Assembly: GCA_040954595.2 (NCBI GenBank)
Contig: CM082589.2
Span: 5,098,213 to 5,162,212 of the forward strand
Origin: Balanoglossus misakiensis
Taxonomy: Eukaryota > Animalia > Hemichordata
Direction of reading: 5' to 3'
DNA length: 64,000 nucleotides
Part shown: one piece after another, positions 42,418-56,773 of the stretch
How the letters are laid out: every line of letters starts with the position of its first letter
Numbering within the stretch: the stretch's first letter is position 1
The notes under the pieces: model-generated
The model's database searches: none
Told to the model about the DNA's origin: nothing
What the model saw: the letters and a program-made list of their open reading frames with translations, nothing else
Made by a program: the position numbers and the translations under genes

Positions 42418-45400
42418 ATACTTTAATGCATTTCGAAATGCGCAACAGTCTTTCGTAATTACAGATTTGCAAAACAATAGAGGCAATGATGCGATTTCCT
42501 ATAAACTGTGGGAACTGAACAGCTTGTGAAATTAAACACGATTTTGTTAATCGATCGCATGCGAGTCGGAAAGCTTCTAATGATTTGACGTCTCGTAAAA
42601 CCCGAGGACTTCCTGTTCTCGTGAGACTTGACAGTATAAAGTCATAGCGATCGAACTTCATGTCCCACTGTGTCGCGATCTATAGTTTAACAAAGCACGC
42701 GTTTAGAAGACCACCGTGTTACTGCATGTTCCCGTTGATATTAGTGAGTTGAGGTTTCTGGTATCTCGGAAACAAATGTGGTCATCTGTTTTGAAGCGGA
42801 AAGTTTCGCCATCGGCGGAAAAGGATTCGTCAGGTGAGCTCGTATTTTTCAGTCAACTGCGAAAAATGCGTCAAATATTTATCTAATCTCTGTCTCAGAC
42901 ACAGCCAAAGTATCATTGTTACATCACCTTTTTCAGAGCTACAAGTTTATATCGCTGGGCTCGACACAGACATCGTTCATATACTTAACATTCTTCCAAT
43001 AAAAACATGTCAAAAAGGACGTACGAATATGATGTGTTCAAGACACCAATTCGCAAAATGTGTGTTGGTATGTCGTTGCACTGAGAATTTCTAGTAAACA
43101 ATAACAATCCAATAACACTTTATATAGTCATTGACATGAAGAAATTGTATAGCCATCGACTTTTAAAGAACATTTTCTTTCAAATCATGCTTTGCAACTT
43201 GCGTCAATAACTCGTTTTCTAAATGTTGGTCAATTATTTATGAATACGAATTTCTATTTTGGACACTGAAATTCATTTGTCTTGGATGGGCGCTGGGAAT
43301 ATCGGTGGATGGGTAGCTGGTTGGGTGATCGTATGGACGAGAATCAACTGAAGAGGGAAGAAGTCTGGCGGTGACGGCCTGGTTACAAAGTTCATTTTTA
43401 ATCTGAAAATTAATAAGTGTTGGCGTTCCTATCAAATCCTCTATTGTCTCTATTGTGACTGAAAACCCGACCGTAAACTTTTTTCTCTATTTAAGACAAC
43501 TTTCTGTGAGATTTGACATCACTCATATTGTCATGCGAGAGGGTTGCTATGGCAATGGCTGGTACGCTCCGTATGCAAATATCGTCTCTACGGATACCAT
43601 ATTGCAACTTCGTATAATGACAGTTCTGGTCGTACATCGTAATGCATTAGTGAATTTCAAGAGTGACTGTGACTGTTTCAGTTTGCTCAGCATACAAAAC
43701 CACACAGGCCCCAAACTGTATTCTACTTACAGAAAGAATGATCTATCATTCTTAAGCATCGAGTATACTATATTTTATTCATTTTTAAGACAAGGCTCTC
43801 TGCAAAAGTTACAAATGGTCGTGCGTTTCCCTTGACACTAATTTACGAGGTCACCGCGGAGGAAGCATGAGTGACGTAAAAGCAAATAATGCATTAAATG
43901 ATGAAATGGGGGTCCATATTTTCATAATTGTTGGAATTATAAAATAGAAGACCTAGAACATATTCTATCCATGGTGAATATGTGGTTTTCACGACACTGT
44001 CGTCCATCCGGGGTCTTTTTCTTAAAGCCACATTGAAACTGAAAACGATTTTTTTTCTGTCCATGAGACAAAAATCAATATTCTTGAAAAACCTTAAGGT
44101 GATTTAGTTTATTTGATTTTTTTTACCATTTAAGTGACACCGAGACCTTAGAATCGCAGTGAATGGACAATAACATTCCCGAAATTCTTACTTCAGTGTT
44201 TATCAGCCTAAACCTGGAAAAAATACTCAAAACGCCCCCCCCCCCCTTTATCCTGTGTATGCGGAGTTTGAGATAATGATTCTATTTCTACTTCCGGAAC
44301 AAACAAAAGTTGGTACAAATATTTATTGAACGCCAACTTGACATCGCCAATCAATTACGATTTGCAAATATGGCGATACTCAAAAAGCCCCGACCACTTG
44401 TTAACACGAGCGTTGTCATAAAACCCTTTTAACGACCTCTGCATAAAGAGCAGATATAAGGACGAAATCGACTAACTCAGGCAGAATACATCGCATTTGC
44501 TTTGACGGACAACCTCGGACAAGAAGAAAGTGCATATATTATCACTCACGCGAGGCTAATGTGATACAGGTAGGCTATTGACGATTATATTTTATGCGAC
44601 TGGGGCACTGACGTCACACAGTATGTGCATGCCTATGTAGGGATATCATGCAATACGCGTAAACTGACGAACAGAAGTGGAAGCTCTGTTTAAGATTTTT
44701 CTAGACTACTTTTTTCAGTATTTTTATTCGTGTATACATGGACTTGGACTCCATCTTCATCAATAACCAAATACTAAGCAACGATCCTGTTGTCCACGAT
44801 GTCACGGTGAAAGAGTATGAATGAGATCGCGCGCACAGACAGGGAAAAAGTGTCTAGTGACTCTAAACACATGATCTGAACGATCGATTCGACGTATATT
44901 TGAACGGAGAATACAACAATCCAAATGATCTGGGAAATGCATTTGCCGTAAACCAAATCGACTGAAATTACTGTTATAATTGAATCAATATTGGATGGAT
45001 TGATTGATTGAACGATGGCGGCTAGTCATTTGAGTAAAATTACCCTTTCAAATAACGTTTAGGCCGGGTAAATTATTAAAACGCGGCCACAGAAATAAAG
45101 GAAATTAATTGTGTTTGACTTTAACACCCCTCGTCCCTACAGGAGTATTTGGAAGTTCAAAATGAGACGAAATAACTGTGTCACTAGCGGCCACCACAAA
45201 CATTCATGATAAAAATGCTGACTCAGCAGTTTTTCATCTTCAGCTCAATTCACGCCCTTGTATTTTCATAAACTATCACAGCGACACCAATCAATTGTAA
45301 ATGAAAACTCATTTGGATATGGGTTTTCATAATTGCAACCGCAAAACTATTTGTTATACGAATTATAGACATTTTTCAATATATCGTAGTCCAATAAAAT

Positions 45401-46118
45401 GCCATAGTTGGACCCAGAAAGCATTGTCCTTTTATAATGAATATAAAGTTATTATAAAAGTTCATCAAACTTCGCTGCCTTTCTCACACCAAGGATTGTC
45501 TCTTTCTCTTAGCACTTTTGTTTTCGAACAATTTTTTAAAGCTTTCCTTTCTTATATGGAAGTTGCCATTATTCTCATTCTCTTTGCAGCAGATGTGTTA
45601 GTAGTTAACTTGACTTGAATACACGCATATGTCAATCAGTCTACTCAATTAAGCAATCATAATCAATAAACACTTTCAAATCATAAGACAGAACTTTATA
45701 TAGCTTTGTTACTATGCATTTATGAAAGTTCCAACCGAAATAGGTCTAACTGTCGCGCCTTCTATTGTGAAGTTCGACTATATATATAAAGCCCGAGGCG
45801 GTTAAGGTGTTATTTCGTAGACTGTAGTAAAACGACTTGTTTATGACAATGGAATCCATTTGCTGCAATTTACAACGTTTTATCATGTCTGACAAGACAC
45901 CCATCGGGAACAACACATTATCATCATGTAAAACAATATAAAAGCTGCCCGTTGATTGGTTTGCACTATCTGCGCTCGATTGAGCGACGTGCATAAATTA
46001 CCATAAATTATAATGAGATAATATATCGCGCTTCAGCATTTATTGACTGCAGTTACTGCATCACTACACTTACATTCAGGCCTTGTGTTACATTGCAGAG
46101 AGCGATAAAGAACTCTCG

Positions 46119-49100
46119 ATGTCGCAGCAGAATCTACTGCAGAAGAGAAAGTCGGCGAACTCGACGGAAATGATCACCGTTGTGAAAGGTTCGCGAAAAC
46201 GCAAATCGAAAGAGAGCGGTTTCGTCGAGCAAGTTCTGACTTTCGATCAAGAAGACGGTGGAGAAATGTGCAGTATTGTTGACAGTCCTATGCGAATGTT
46301 GCGGGTAAGGAAACCATGTATTTCTCAAGTGATGGATTTTTACGTACATATCCACTATATTGGCAACGCATTTTGTTGGTCGGGTGGAATATATGTTACT
46401 ACATATCAGTGTATGCAAGTGACGGATTTTTACAAGAGTGATACAATACATTTTAGGCTAATTACTTCTCGCGCCAATATTCACCCCTTTCCAGGTTGTT
46501 TTAGACTGCTATTTATGTAGAAATTTGAAAGCATAATTAAACTCAAGCACGTGTGAAACGCGATTATTGCAAATAAAATCACGTCGGGGACCCGATTTTA
46601 TGGTGGAGCCCTGATATAACTACCGAATACTATAGGTGTGCGTATGAACATATAGAAAGTACCTCTTCTACTGTTTTTAGTGTGAATCATGCGTGCAAGT
46701 GTATCATTTAAAAAATACATTTTGTGCCGTTTTGCATCGACTATGACAGTTTTGTTTGAACAGTCTGGTCAATAAATCTTCTTGTTCAAACATTGGACTA
46801 AAACCATACAATATGAGAAATGGAGACACGTAGGTCTGAAAGTGATGCTTCCGCTGGCCAATTATATATTTATCCTCAAAAGACATTGGAAGATTGTTAA
46901 ATATTTAACATAATTGTATTTTAGTAGATAAACTTTGAGAATTCTCCAATTAAAAAGCGACAAACTCCCACTTCGCTTCACGTGTCACACAAAATGGGCC
47001 GCGTCATCATCATCCTCATTGACTGAATTCAAATCGTAACTTCCGATGTTTCATTTACCTTTGAACAAAGCGCTTGTGAGTTCACCATACCAACGCCGGA
47101 ACCAAGTTGCCTAAGTCAACACCAAGACGCTCGAGCTTCCGTTCTCTTCTTTTTAGGGCGATTTTTGCTTTTTGCTGAGTAATGCTCAAGTAACACTTTT
47201 CAGTCCGGCCAGAACGCTCAACAAAAACGCTCTTGTCATTCTGTATATGGAACACCGTTCATTCCAATCGTAGCACTTTAAGCTGTGTTCTCCATTATAT
47301 TGACACTGCGAGTATATACTCCTTAAGATTGGTCGCTTGTTAAATTACATGTCTTTGACCTCATTTAAATTGTTAAGAAAATCGACCCGTTATTTTGAAA
47401 GTTTTTTCTATACAGTACGCGATTTTTGCAACCGTACGGTGTCAATACTTGATTTCAGATCAGATCAGAGCTGGAAATCAGCTGTTGGTCTGTGTCAAAA
47501 CGGACGGTTTTTGAGCTTTGCAATCTTGAATTTACCCACTTTGCGTTGAGAAAGAGATTCATCAGTGCGCGGTTGTTGATGCTGAAGGCATGGAGCACTG
47601 TTTGCGGGTTACACACTTCTTTGCTGGCGCTCCTGTCTCAATTGACTGTTGTCAATGTAGCTTCCGGAAAGTTCACATGTTGACCCTGTTTTCAAATGTT
47701 TTGAAAGATTTAATCAAAGCTTTGGCCATTGAAACACGCGTCCCCAATTCAGGGCGTTCCTTTGCGAGTGCAGCAGGGCGTGGGTATCCAATAAAGTGAA
47801 TAAAAAAAACCACGATGTTTTCAGTCCTCGCCTCTCGCACTGGAAGCAACTCGCATCTGGGAGACTATGTCCACAACAAACCGAAGCTCAGAGAATCGAG
47901 TGACTCCATTACGCCATGTAAGTTACCCGTGTGTTTTGCTCAAGAGATGTACATGTACTTGTTAAAATTTGACAGTATACCGTGGTTGTCCGTAATCTGC
48001 AGGGAGGTGTCGCTTTACGCACTTGCGTGAAAAGGCGTGTAGACTAACACAAAAGACACGATTTTCGTGCGGTGATCAATTATTACCAAAAGTTGCACTG
48101 GTTAATCTTTTATTTCGGTGGTAAGGCGTTTTAACACGGCATTTCTACGTCACGCCAACAAAAAACTACTTCGTCATTGTTGTCAACTTCCAAGTGAAGC
48201 ACTAACAACACGTAAAGTTAGATCGTGATGATGCAAAGCCCACGCGAGGAATGCCGACATGCATGTACCACGTGCATGGCCAGGCAGACAACGGAAGTAC
48301 CGTGGTGTGAGAGGCCCAGCCGTTAAATCAAAAGGTGCTTGATTTATATTAAAGTGGTATTGAACAGCAGCCATGAAATGAGTCTAATAGAGTTGGTGTG
48401 TGGCTGGTCACCTAAGAATCCACTACATTTACACAGGAATCGGCGCGAAAATAGATCGTGTTGACCGTGTTAATTAATGGATTCCGGCTATTCAGATACA
48501 CCTGGCGACAGTTGCACCTGGTGTACTCTGCTTTGTTGACGCAAACAGACAAACACTGAATTGATATCATTTTGTAGAAGAGTGCGAGACTTTTTCTCGA
48601 AATATCTGACAACCGGTATACCATGTTAATATAATGTAACAACAAGTGAATTTTCCATTCTAATAGACGACAGCTATATTTGTTTTGCTCAAACTAGAAG
48701 CTTATTCTAATTCATATTCTCCAAGGGTTTACGGAAAGACCGTGATTCTGCGAACGAGACTGACTAATGCCTTGTCAACTTAATTCATATTCTAATGTAT
48801 TCAAAAAAGTCCACCTCGAGTATTGACACTGGCGATTACCGAGGATGTCGACTCAAAGGTTAAAAACCAGAGAACGCAGTTACAGTAGCGTAGTTCAGTA
48901 TCGGCAGATCCACTCTCGGCGATGCATTCGCTCTGGCAACGGGTGCGTTCGACTGTGCGGCGCGGGGAAGGCCGCGCGACCAATCGCGGTGAACTTGGGC
49001 CGGGCCATAAACACATGAAGCGGGAAAGTTGGCCAATGACAGGAAAGGCGTCGGAGAGGGATGGGGACACAGAAGCTGTATTCACTCCCCTATGTGAACC

Positions 49101-52100
49101 GATAACGATGGTTTCATCTCTGTCGATTCGTGACAACAACCAAGAACATGATGATTTGGATGGTGAAGAATTGATAAAACTGAATGCTGACGCTTTTCAT
49201 AAAGTAAGTCTATTTGATACTCTTGTCCAAAACTTGCGGACTATAGGCCAACTGACCGGGCAGTTAAACTCATCGGCCAGAGACGAGGCCAATGAGTTCA
49301 AAACGTGAAATTGTTTTATATACTTGTGTGTCGCGTGTCCTGTACCCCATCAATCGTGTTCGCGTGACAGTAAAGACTTTAGCAATATACACCAAGTTCC
49401 ATTAAACAGACAGTGATACTATGTTGTACTGAAATTAGATTTGAGAACATAATTTGATATGAACGGATATCTCGTGTCAGGGGCCACTAACGAATACTAG
49501 AAAGGGAATGCCCTTGCTTGAAGAGTATTATCCTCAGTTGCCTGAATGAAAAAAAAAATTGGCCAGAGAAGTCGTCAATTCGGTGAATAATGCAAATTTA
49601 ACTTTTTCCCTTTTAGATGACGTCACTATATGTTATATCAATGATATTAAGTGCAACACCATGATGAAATTGTTGGTTTTTAACATACACGTAAACGTTT
49701 GCTCATAATTTTTTTTCGGTGTGCGAATATCTATTGAAAACTATTGTGTTCAAAATAATAGAGAAAGACGTTAGACAACTATGCAATCTGTTCTGAGAAC
49801 TTGCCACCAAAAGAGTTTCAATCAAATTTGAAAATTGTCGATTTATGAAGAGGTGAATACCCTTCGGCGAGACAATCGATTACGTCATTATTACACAGCA
49901 GTTATGATGAAAGTGAAAAATCGTTAATAACGGGTCTCAGTCCCTTTTTATGAATTATTGCCATTTGATCAACACCGGCTGATATGAAAAGGCAACGTCT
50001 CAGCTCAATAATTAGATATGATTTATATGTGGATTATTAATGGTTGGCTAACGAATAATAATTATGAAACTCAGTCCCTTGATAGTCTTTAACCCTTAAA
50101 CACTGCAGTGACTTTGCAAAATAATGCTAGTGTTATTAATCCGTAGTCATGGCTTAAATATTTATACATAAAGTTTCAAAAATCAATATTGCCTATGAAA
50201 TTATATAATGGCTGCTTACTTGGATCTTCTGCAATGTCACTATTTTGCAAGAAATAGCACGGTCATTCCACACCGTAGAGTGACCATGGAAATAGATATA
50301 TACGATGTTAGGTGACCTGGGCGAGGGTATTACTACAAAACATGAAATTGTCCTTGTGTCACAAAGAGTCCTGAACGTTTGGTGTTGTCTGAGTCCCAGT
50401 CAGCCAGGTATATCGGCATTCAATGAAAATAGCTCCCAAATCGCAGAATCAGTCTCTATCTAAACTCGACATAAACGGATAAAGAAAGAAAGAAGTGTAT
50501 CTCTATACAGTTACGTCGATGTGCGATGATACATTTGTGTAGTGTTATAATCAAAGACCAAAATGTCATGTCTGAATTCGGAGACACTACCTTATCTTGT
50601 AAAAACATGACCCAGACCCGTGTATACGAACGGCGTTCCCCGCACATAAGCAAACGTTACTTTTTAACAAGCTGCCGTGCGTTACGAGTTTACAACGGTC
50701 GCGACTACTTGTATTAATGACTGGATACGCTCAGTTGTTTATGAACTGGCTTGACAACTCATCGTGCACAAGATTTGGACTCCGACCCCTACAGTAATTT
50801 AAACGCTTTAAACAAGTCAACGCGGGAATTGTCAATTGTATGCAGTTGTGCGACAAGGTGTGTGTATTTTGAGTTGTATTACATGTATATGACATTGTTA
50901 TGAAATATTACAGCTACACATAAATGTCCCTTCAAGTCCTTACAGGGGCTTTCATTGTAAACTTTGACAACATGTCACTTTACCGTTAACATTTTAATGG
51001 AGAATCTTCATCATACAATTCACTCGGGGCAATCTATTAGACGCATTTAATGAAAGTTTCCTGATATATGACACGGTCTTTTCAGTCGATGTGCGCAAAT
51101 TTAAAATCGTGAAGACGCATTTCCCTAATTCCCTTTATTGCGTGATGATGGCAATCAGTCACCGACATAAACAAGAATGAATCATACACAAGAGTCAATA
51201 GCGCAGCCTTTTCGCATCGTTGGTATTACTTTGACGCGGCGTCATAAACCTCCCGTTTAGATCGAGATGACATTTTATTGGAAAAGGGGAAGAGATGCAC
51301 CCTACTTAACGGTTATGTTCTTACCCCCGAGAGGGCCGCAACCATGAAAGATCCGCCGACATCAGAATATAATCCTCGTCGCTTATAGCCTTGCCATTAT
51401 CGCTCATTTAGATGGCTTCGACAGAAAGCAACGCCGACGAACATCGGGTAAAAGTCCCCACTCTATTGCTAATGTTAAATAATCGGTAGTTTTACTATTT
51501 CCGACACCGATTCTGGTCCGCTCAAACACGCCCGACTCGTACAACGGCACGCAATATAGATCCTTTATGCCTTTAATTGCTTGCTCATAATTCTTCAATT
51601 AATGTACGCGAAAACGACTAACTGTGAGCAGTTTGTATGATAATTTAAGATGACGCCCGTCGTGTTTTATATATAATGCGTTTCTAAAGGTTTGTTCTTG
51701 TCTCGTTGTGTTAGCTTGCTGCTGGTGGCAATTTGGAAGAACTTCGGCGAGTGTACAGCGCTCACCCAGAAAGACTGGCGTTAGAAGACAGCAAAGGGGC
51801 GCAGGCCATTCACCATGCTGCCGGACGAAACAGGGTCAACGTTATTGAATTTGTATTGGAACATGGTGGTGGTAAGTTGACCGCAGTGTTGTTGTGTTGT
51901 GTTTATTTCGTTTTGTGTCCATCCCAGCCAAGTTTGGAAACTCCCTGTGCGAAAAATACCCACCCAATACTTGAATGTCAGCACAAAATTTAGCAGCCCC
52001 CCCCCCCAGAACTTTATGGAAAAAGTGACACCCCTCACCCCCAAAAAGCACCCTCCCTTCTAAAACTATCCATGCCCTAATTACTCGCTCGATTGAATTA

Positions 52101-55100
52101 ATCATAAATCCAATATGATAGTTAATTACGCTTGTAAGGTTATCCTATTAGACCAAAATGAGTTTAAGTACGGATATGATTTTTTAATTGGTATAAAATT
52201 TATAATTTTCCAATTTTATTAATTAACACAATTACCTTTATTTCCGACGCATAAGAAAATAAGTAAACAACGAGAGATCTTAATTGATATTGATATATAA
52301 ATCTCTGACAGAAACAATTGCCTCAGCTTTTATATCAGAAGACCAGATAACTTTTATTCCATTTGCAGTTTGGTTTTGTTACATGTTCTTCCACGTTTTT
52401 CCATATTATACTAGACGGGTATGCGTTTTTAAGACTACTGGTCAATAGACTAATTATTCCATGGATATATTTTTACATTTCAGACATCAATGCCAGAGAT
52501 ATGGCGGGCAATACACCGCTTCACTGGGCTGCTGAAAACAACCATGTCAAGGCCATAGACTTTCTGATCGAGAACGGGGCTGATACAACCATACTTAACC
52601 TCCGTAACCATGCACCGTTACACTGGGCTATACTGTCAGATTGCGAGGACGCAGTTGAGGTGAGTTCACACTATGACGTCACCTTCACTGGGAAATTTGT
52701 GTTATAAATATTTCTGGTGTATTTTTCGTAAGTATTGTAATTTTGTGTACCACAACAGTTACTTTTTCAAGTCAATATAACTTGACGTAGAACTGCTGTA
52801 TACATTACACATTAACGTTGTTGATAGTTAAATTCAATTTGGACAATTAAACAAATTAAAACTAGCGATTCTGCTCAATTAAATGCGTTTCTAAACGATA
52901 TATGGCTTACATACTCGGTGCAATTATGTTACCAGGCGATTTGTAAGCACCCCGGCGTTGATGTTAATATTCCTGGCGAACTTGGCCAAACACCAATCCA
53001 TTACTGCGCTGTCAAAGACAACCTGGACGTTGCTAGGAAACTGGTAAGTGTATTTACACGGCAAATTATTCATAATATATGTATACAAGTTGCGTAAATG
53101 GCCCTCGTTTCCAAAAGGTGAGCCACACACGTACACACAGTTACACAGGTGTAAGTGTGCCGCGAACGGCAATAAACGAAACCCTTTTGTTTTTATATTC
53201 AATTATTCTTCAGCTGGAGTTCAAACCGAGACTTTGCATAAAGGATAACAATGGGGTGTACCCAGTACATTGCGCTGCCACTAACGCCTCAGCCAAAGTG
53301 TTGAAACTTCTCCTCGATGAAGGTGAGAGCCAATTATTAAGCGCTAGAACGCACAGCTATCTAAAGTGGTATATAACAATGCATTGGGTGACATTTACAA
53401 GGCATGGCGTGGTTCGAATATATGACATACACTTGTCAAATATTAGAACAAGTGTATGCCACGTGTCTTTGGGTCAGAAGTAGACTGAGCCAGATTTTGC
53501 AGTTGGTCAATTGGGATATCACAAAGGGCGGAATCGATAGAGGGAGGGGGAGAGAGATTCTGTGTTGGGACTATCGCAGTTCTCTGACACGCTAATTCGT
53601 GTATTCATAACTTGACCATCACTATTAATTTGACTAAGCTTGATGGTATAAGTTTTTATTCTTTCAAACGACAGCGTTCAGTTTGGCTTTAATCGCTTAA
53701 TCATGCGTCTCCGTTGCGAACGAACAAGTCCCAATGTACAATGCTAACTGGTCGTATTCAATATCATTGCAGTGGAAAAGTTGGGTTACACGAGGGAGAT
53801 TGTTCTCAACTTCGTCGACAAGGAACGCAATTCTCCCATCCATTCAGCCGTGAACAGCGGCGACATGGCGGCCGTCAAGCTCTGTCTGGAAAATGGCGCC
53901 AGAATCGACGTGCAACAGGTGGGCGTACGGTGTTATGCAACGACATCGCTAATAATCCGCTTTTACTGGCGAAACGTCGTGAATTTTGATGCGGATTTCA
54001 GGCTTAGTCGATGCACCTGTGTGGGCACGACCATTATCGTCTCCTAGTGCCCGCAGGGTGTGGTTGAAAACATGGGAGACAAGAAAGGATGGTGACTCGA
54101 AATTTTCTTATATGTTTTTTTTTCACAGAGCGATAAGTCAACGCCCGTTCACCTGGCGTGTTCACAGGGAGCTCTGGATATGATAAAACTGATGTTCACG
54201 ATGCAGGACGAATCAAAGCGGTCACTCACTGTGACAGACGTAGAGCAAATGACACCCCTACACAAGTAAGCGCGCGCTCTCTCTCTCTCCGTTGCCACGT
54301 GACCAAACACTACCGTTTCAATTGGTTAGCCCAGTGAGACCATTGTCGTAGACATTTACATGTATGTGGTACTTGTACATCTGTAAGATGTCGATTCACA
54401 GGTCAATCTGTAACCCTTTACTCCTTCTATTTTTCTTCACAGAGCAGCCATGTTCGACCATCCTCACGTTGTGGACTATTTGATTGGCCAGGTGAGAAAA
54501 GAAACTGCTCGTGTGAATTAATTAAGCTCCCTTAGCCCAGTGTCTATTCTGCCTTTTTTGGCTCTACCAAAAAGACCACCTATTACCATATAGCACATTG
54601 AAGTCGTCAGCTAATGACCCAGTACCCTACTGAGAAAGGTGATGTACCCGTAACCCCTTCAAGTCAACCACTATTGCAGTTATTTTGTTGGGTGGACGCA
54701 ATGTTATAGCCAAAAGGGACGACGGTGATGCAAATATAATTAGCCTTTCGCTGTATTACCATAACTAATCCAATTAACAGAGTATCATATTTTGTGATTT
54801 CACACATTTAGTGTCCTTGGCATTTTAACTGGAGTGATTATATACGTACACTCTGTGATAATAGTACGGGTATATCATTTGATTTTAATTTTCTAGAAAG
54901 CAAAAGGTATAGAACACGTCATTAAATTCACACAAAATGAAATTATGTCGAAAAGTCGAAGATATAGTCTATCCGTTTTCTGAAGACATTATTTTCCCCG
55001 GGCGGAGGATCGAATTAAATATGCATATTTGGCGAACAAACAACTCAGCACGATATAACTTGTTTGGCTTCGATATTAAAAATTCATGACTGTATACCGT

Positions 55101-56742
55101 ATGAATGTGATCCGGATATAAAAAACAAGCTGGCAGGCAGAAGATCCAGTAAGTCTGATAAATCCCCATATATTAAAGTTGTTCGCCTCGAAAATCGAAG
55201 TCATACATGTTAAGATTTGTCCTGCTTACAGCTAGATTTGAACAAATATATCTGCAGAATTTGGACGATAGTCGTTGCTACCATATCGAGTTGCGAAATT
55301 GCTTCAAGCGCCCTCACATGTTCGGAGTGAGCGTGCCTCAGACACTCAAGCGCTCGAAAACCAGTCTGAAATATTCCCCATATTACGCTCAAGCCATCTT
55401 GATCATTAGTCTCTCTTAAAATTTATAATAAAAATTAGGTGTCACCGTGCAAAATTATTAGAGCTGAAATTTGAAATTAAAAATGGCCGCTAATCTCTTT
55501 ATTCACTATATGGGCCGGGTAAAATGAAAGTAGCGATTGTTTTTGAAAGCAGGACAGAGAATATCATGTTTTTGCTTTCGTTTTTAAAAGGACTTCTCAC
55601 GCACATTAATATAGCAAAGAATTGAGAGGGTTATTGGGGGGACTGTATTGTCACTGCAAATCTGCACCCGAGGCGCGTGCTGCCATATAACGCACTCCCT
55701 CCTGTGCATAGAAAAAATCCTGATTCTCTTCTTTCCTCGTTCTCAAGGGTGCTGCCGTTGATCCGGTGGATAAGAATTTGCGAACCCCGTTGCTAATAGC
55801 GACGGCGAAAGGAGGCTGGAGAACCGTGAAGGCGCTGTTAGGCCGAGGAGCCGATTACCAAACACGTGACAAACACAAGAGAAACTTGTTGCACATGGCC
55901 ATCATTTGTGGAGGAAGCCTCTCCCATTTTGGCGAAGACTTCTTTCAGGTAATTTCTCGCATGATGTTTCGTCATGATACATGGACGTTTCGACATGTCT
56001 TACACCTGTCCCTTGCAGACATCGCATGCCTTCTTTCCGTCGAATAAATTAAACTACGTCACCGGGTTTCAGCGAAACAACAAGGGCAACAGGTTGGGAT
56101 GATAAACGAGAGAAAAATGCGAAATTCACGTCTGGGCGATAAAACTATATTCTGGTTCTTTGCGCTGCCAAGTTTCATAAAAAGGGGGAATGGCTGGCCC
56201 AAGTCTAGTATATATTGCACAAGGAGTCATCACCGGATTGCATTTGGTCCAGACCTGAAATTTATTCATTTAAATGGACCAGTTTAAGTTTGAAAGTAAA
56301 ATAATGCCCTTGTACTGAATAAACGTATTGTATGTGTGTTCCCCATTAGAATCCGAACGCCATTGAACTGATGAACCAGAAAGACGCTTGTGGATGCACA
56401 CCGCTGCACTACGCGTCCAGGCAAGGCAACATCAAGTCCTTGCAAGGTTTGCTAGAGCTTGGGGCGACGATCAACTGCAAAAATGACTGGAAAGAGTCGC
56501 CACTGCACTTTGCTGCGAGGTAGGCACTATTGTTCTAGTTTTCTCATTGTGTACGGTGCATGTGGGTTTTCGTAGGGTAGAATTCTGTACGAGACAAACT
56601 TACATCAGACAGACGGGCTAGTACATGTAGGCCGACAGACAGACAGACAGATCTAGACATACATACATACATACATACATACATACATACATACATACAT
56701 ACATACATACATACATACATACATACATACATACATGTACAT

Positions 56743-56773
<31 letters not shown>

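Noticed and set aside
55330-55690. Possible degenerate DNA-transposon remnant in a TRPA1 intron
   Set aside because: Only an 8-10 bp imperfect inverted match (CGTGCCTC / GAGGCGCG) and no TSD; it cannot be supported without a repeat library.
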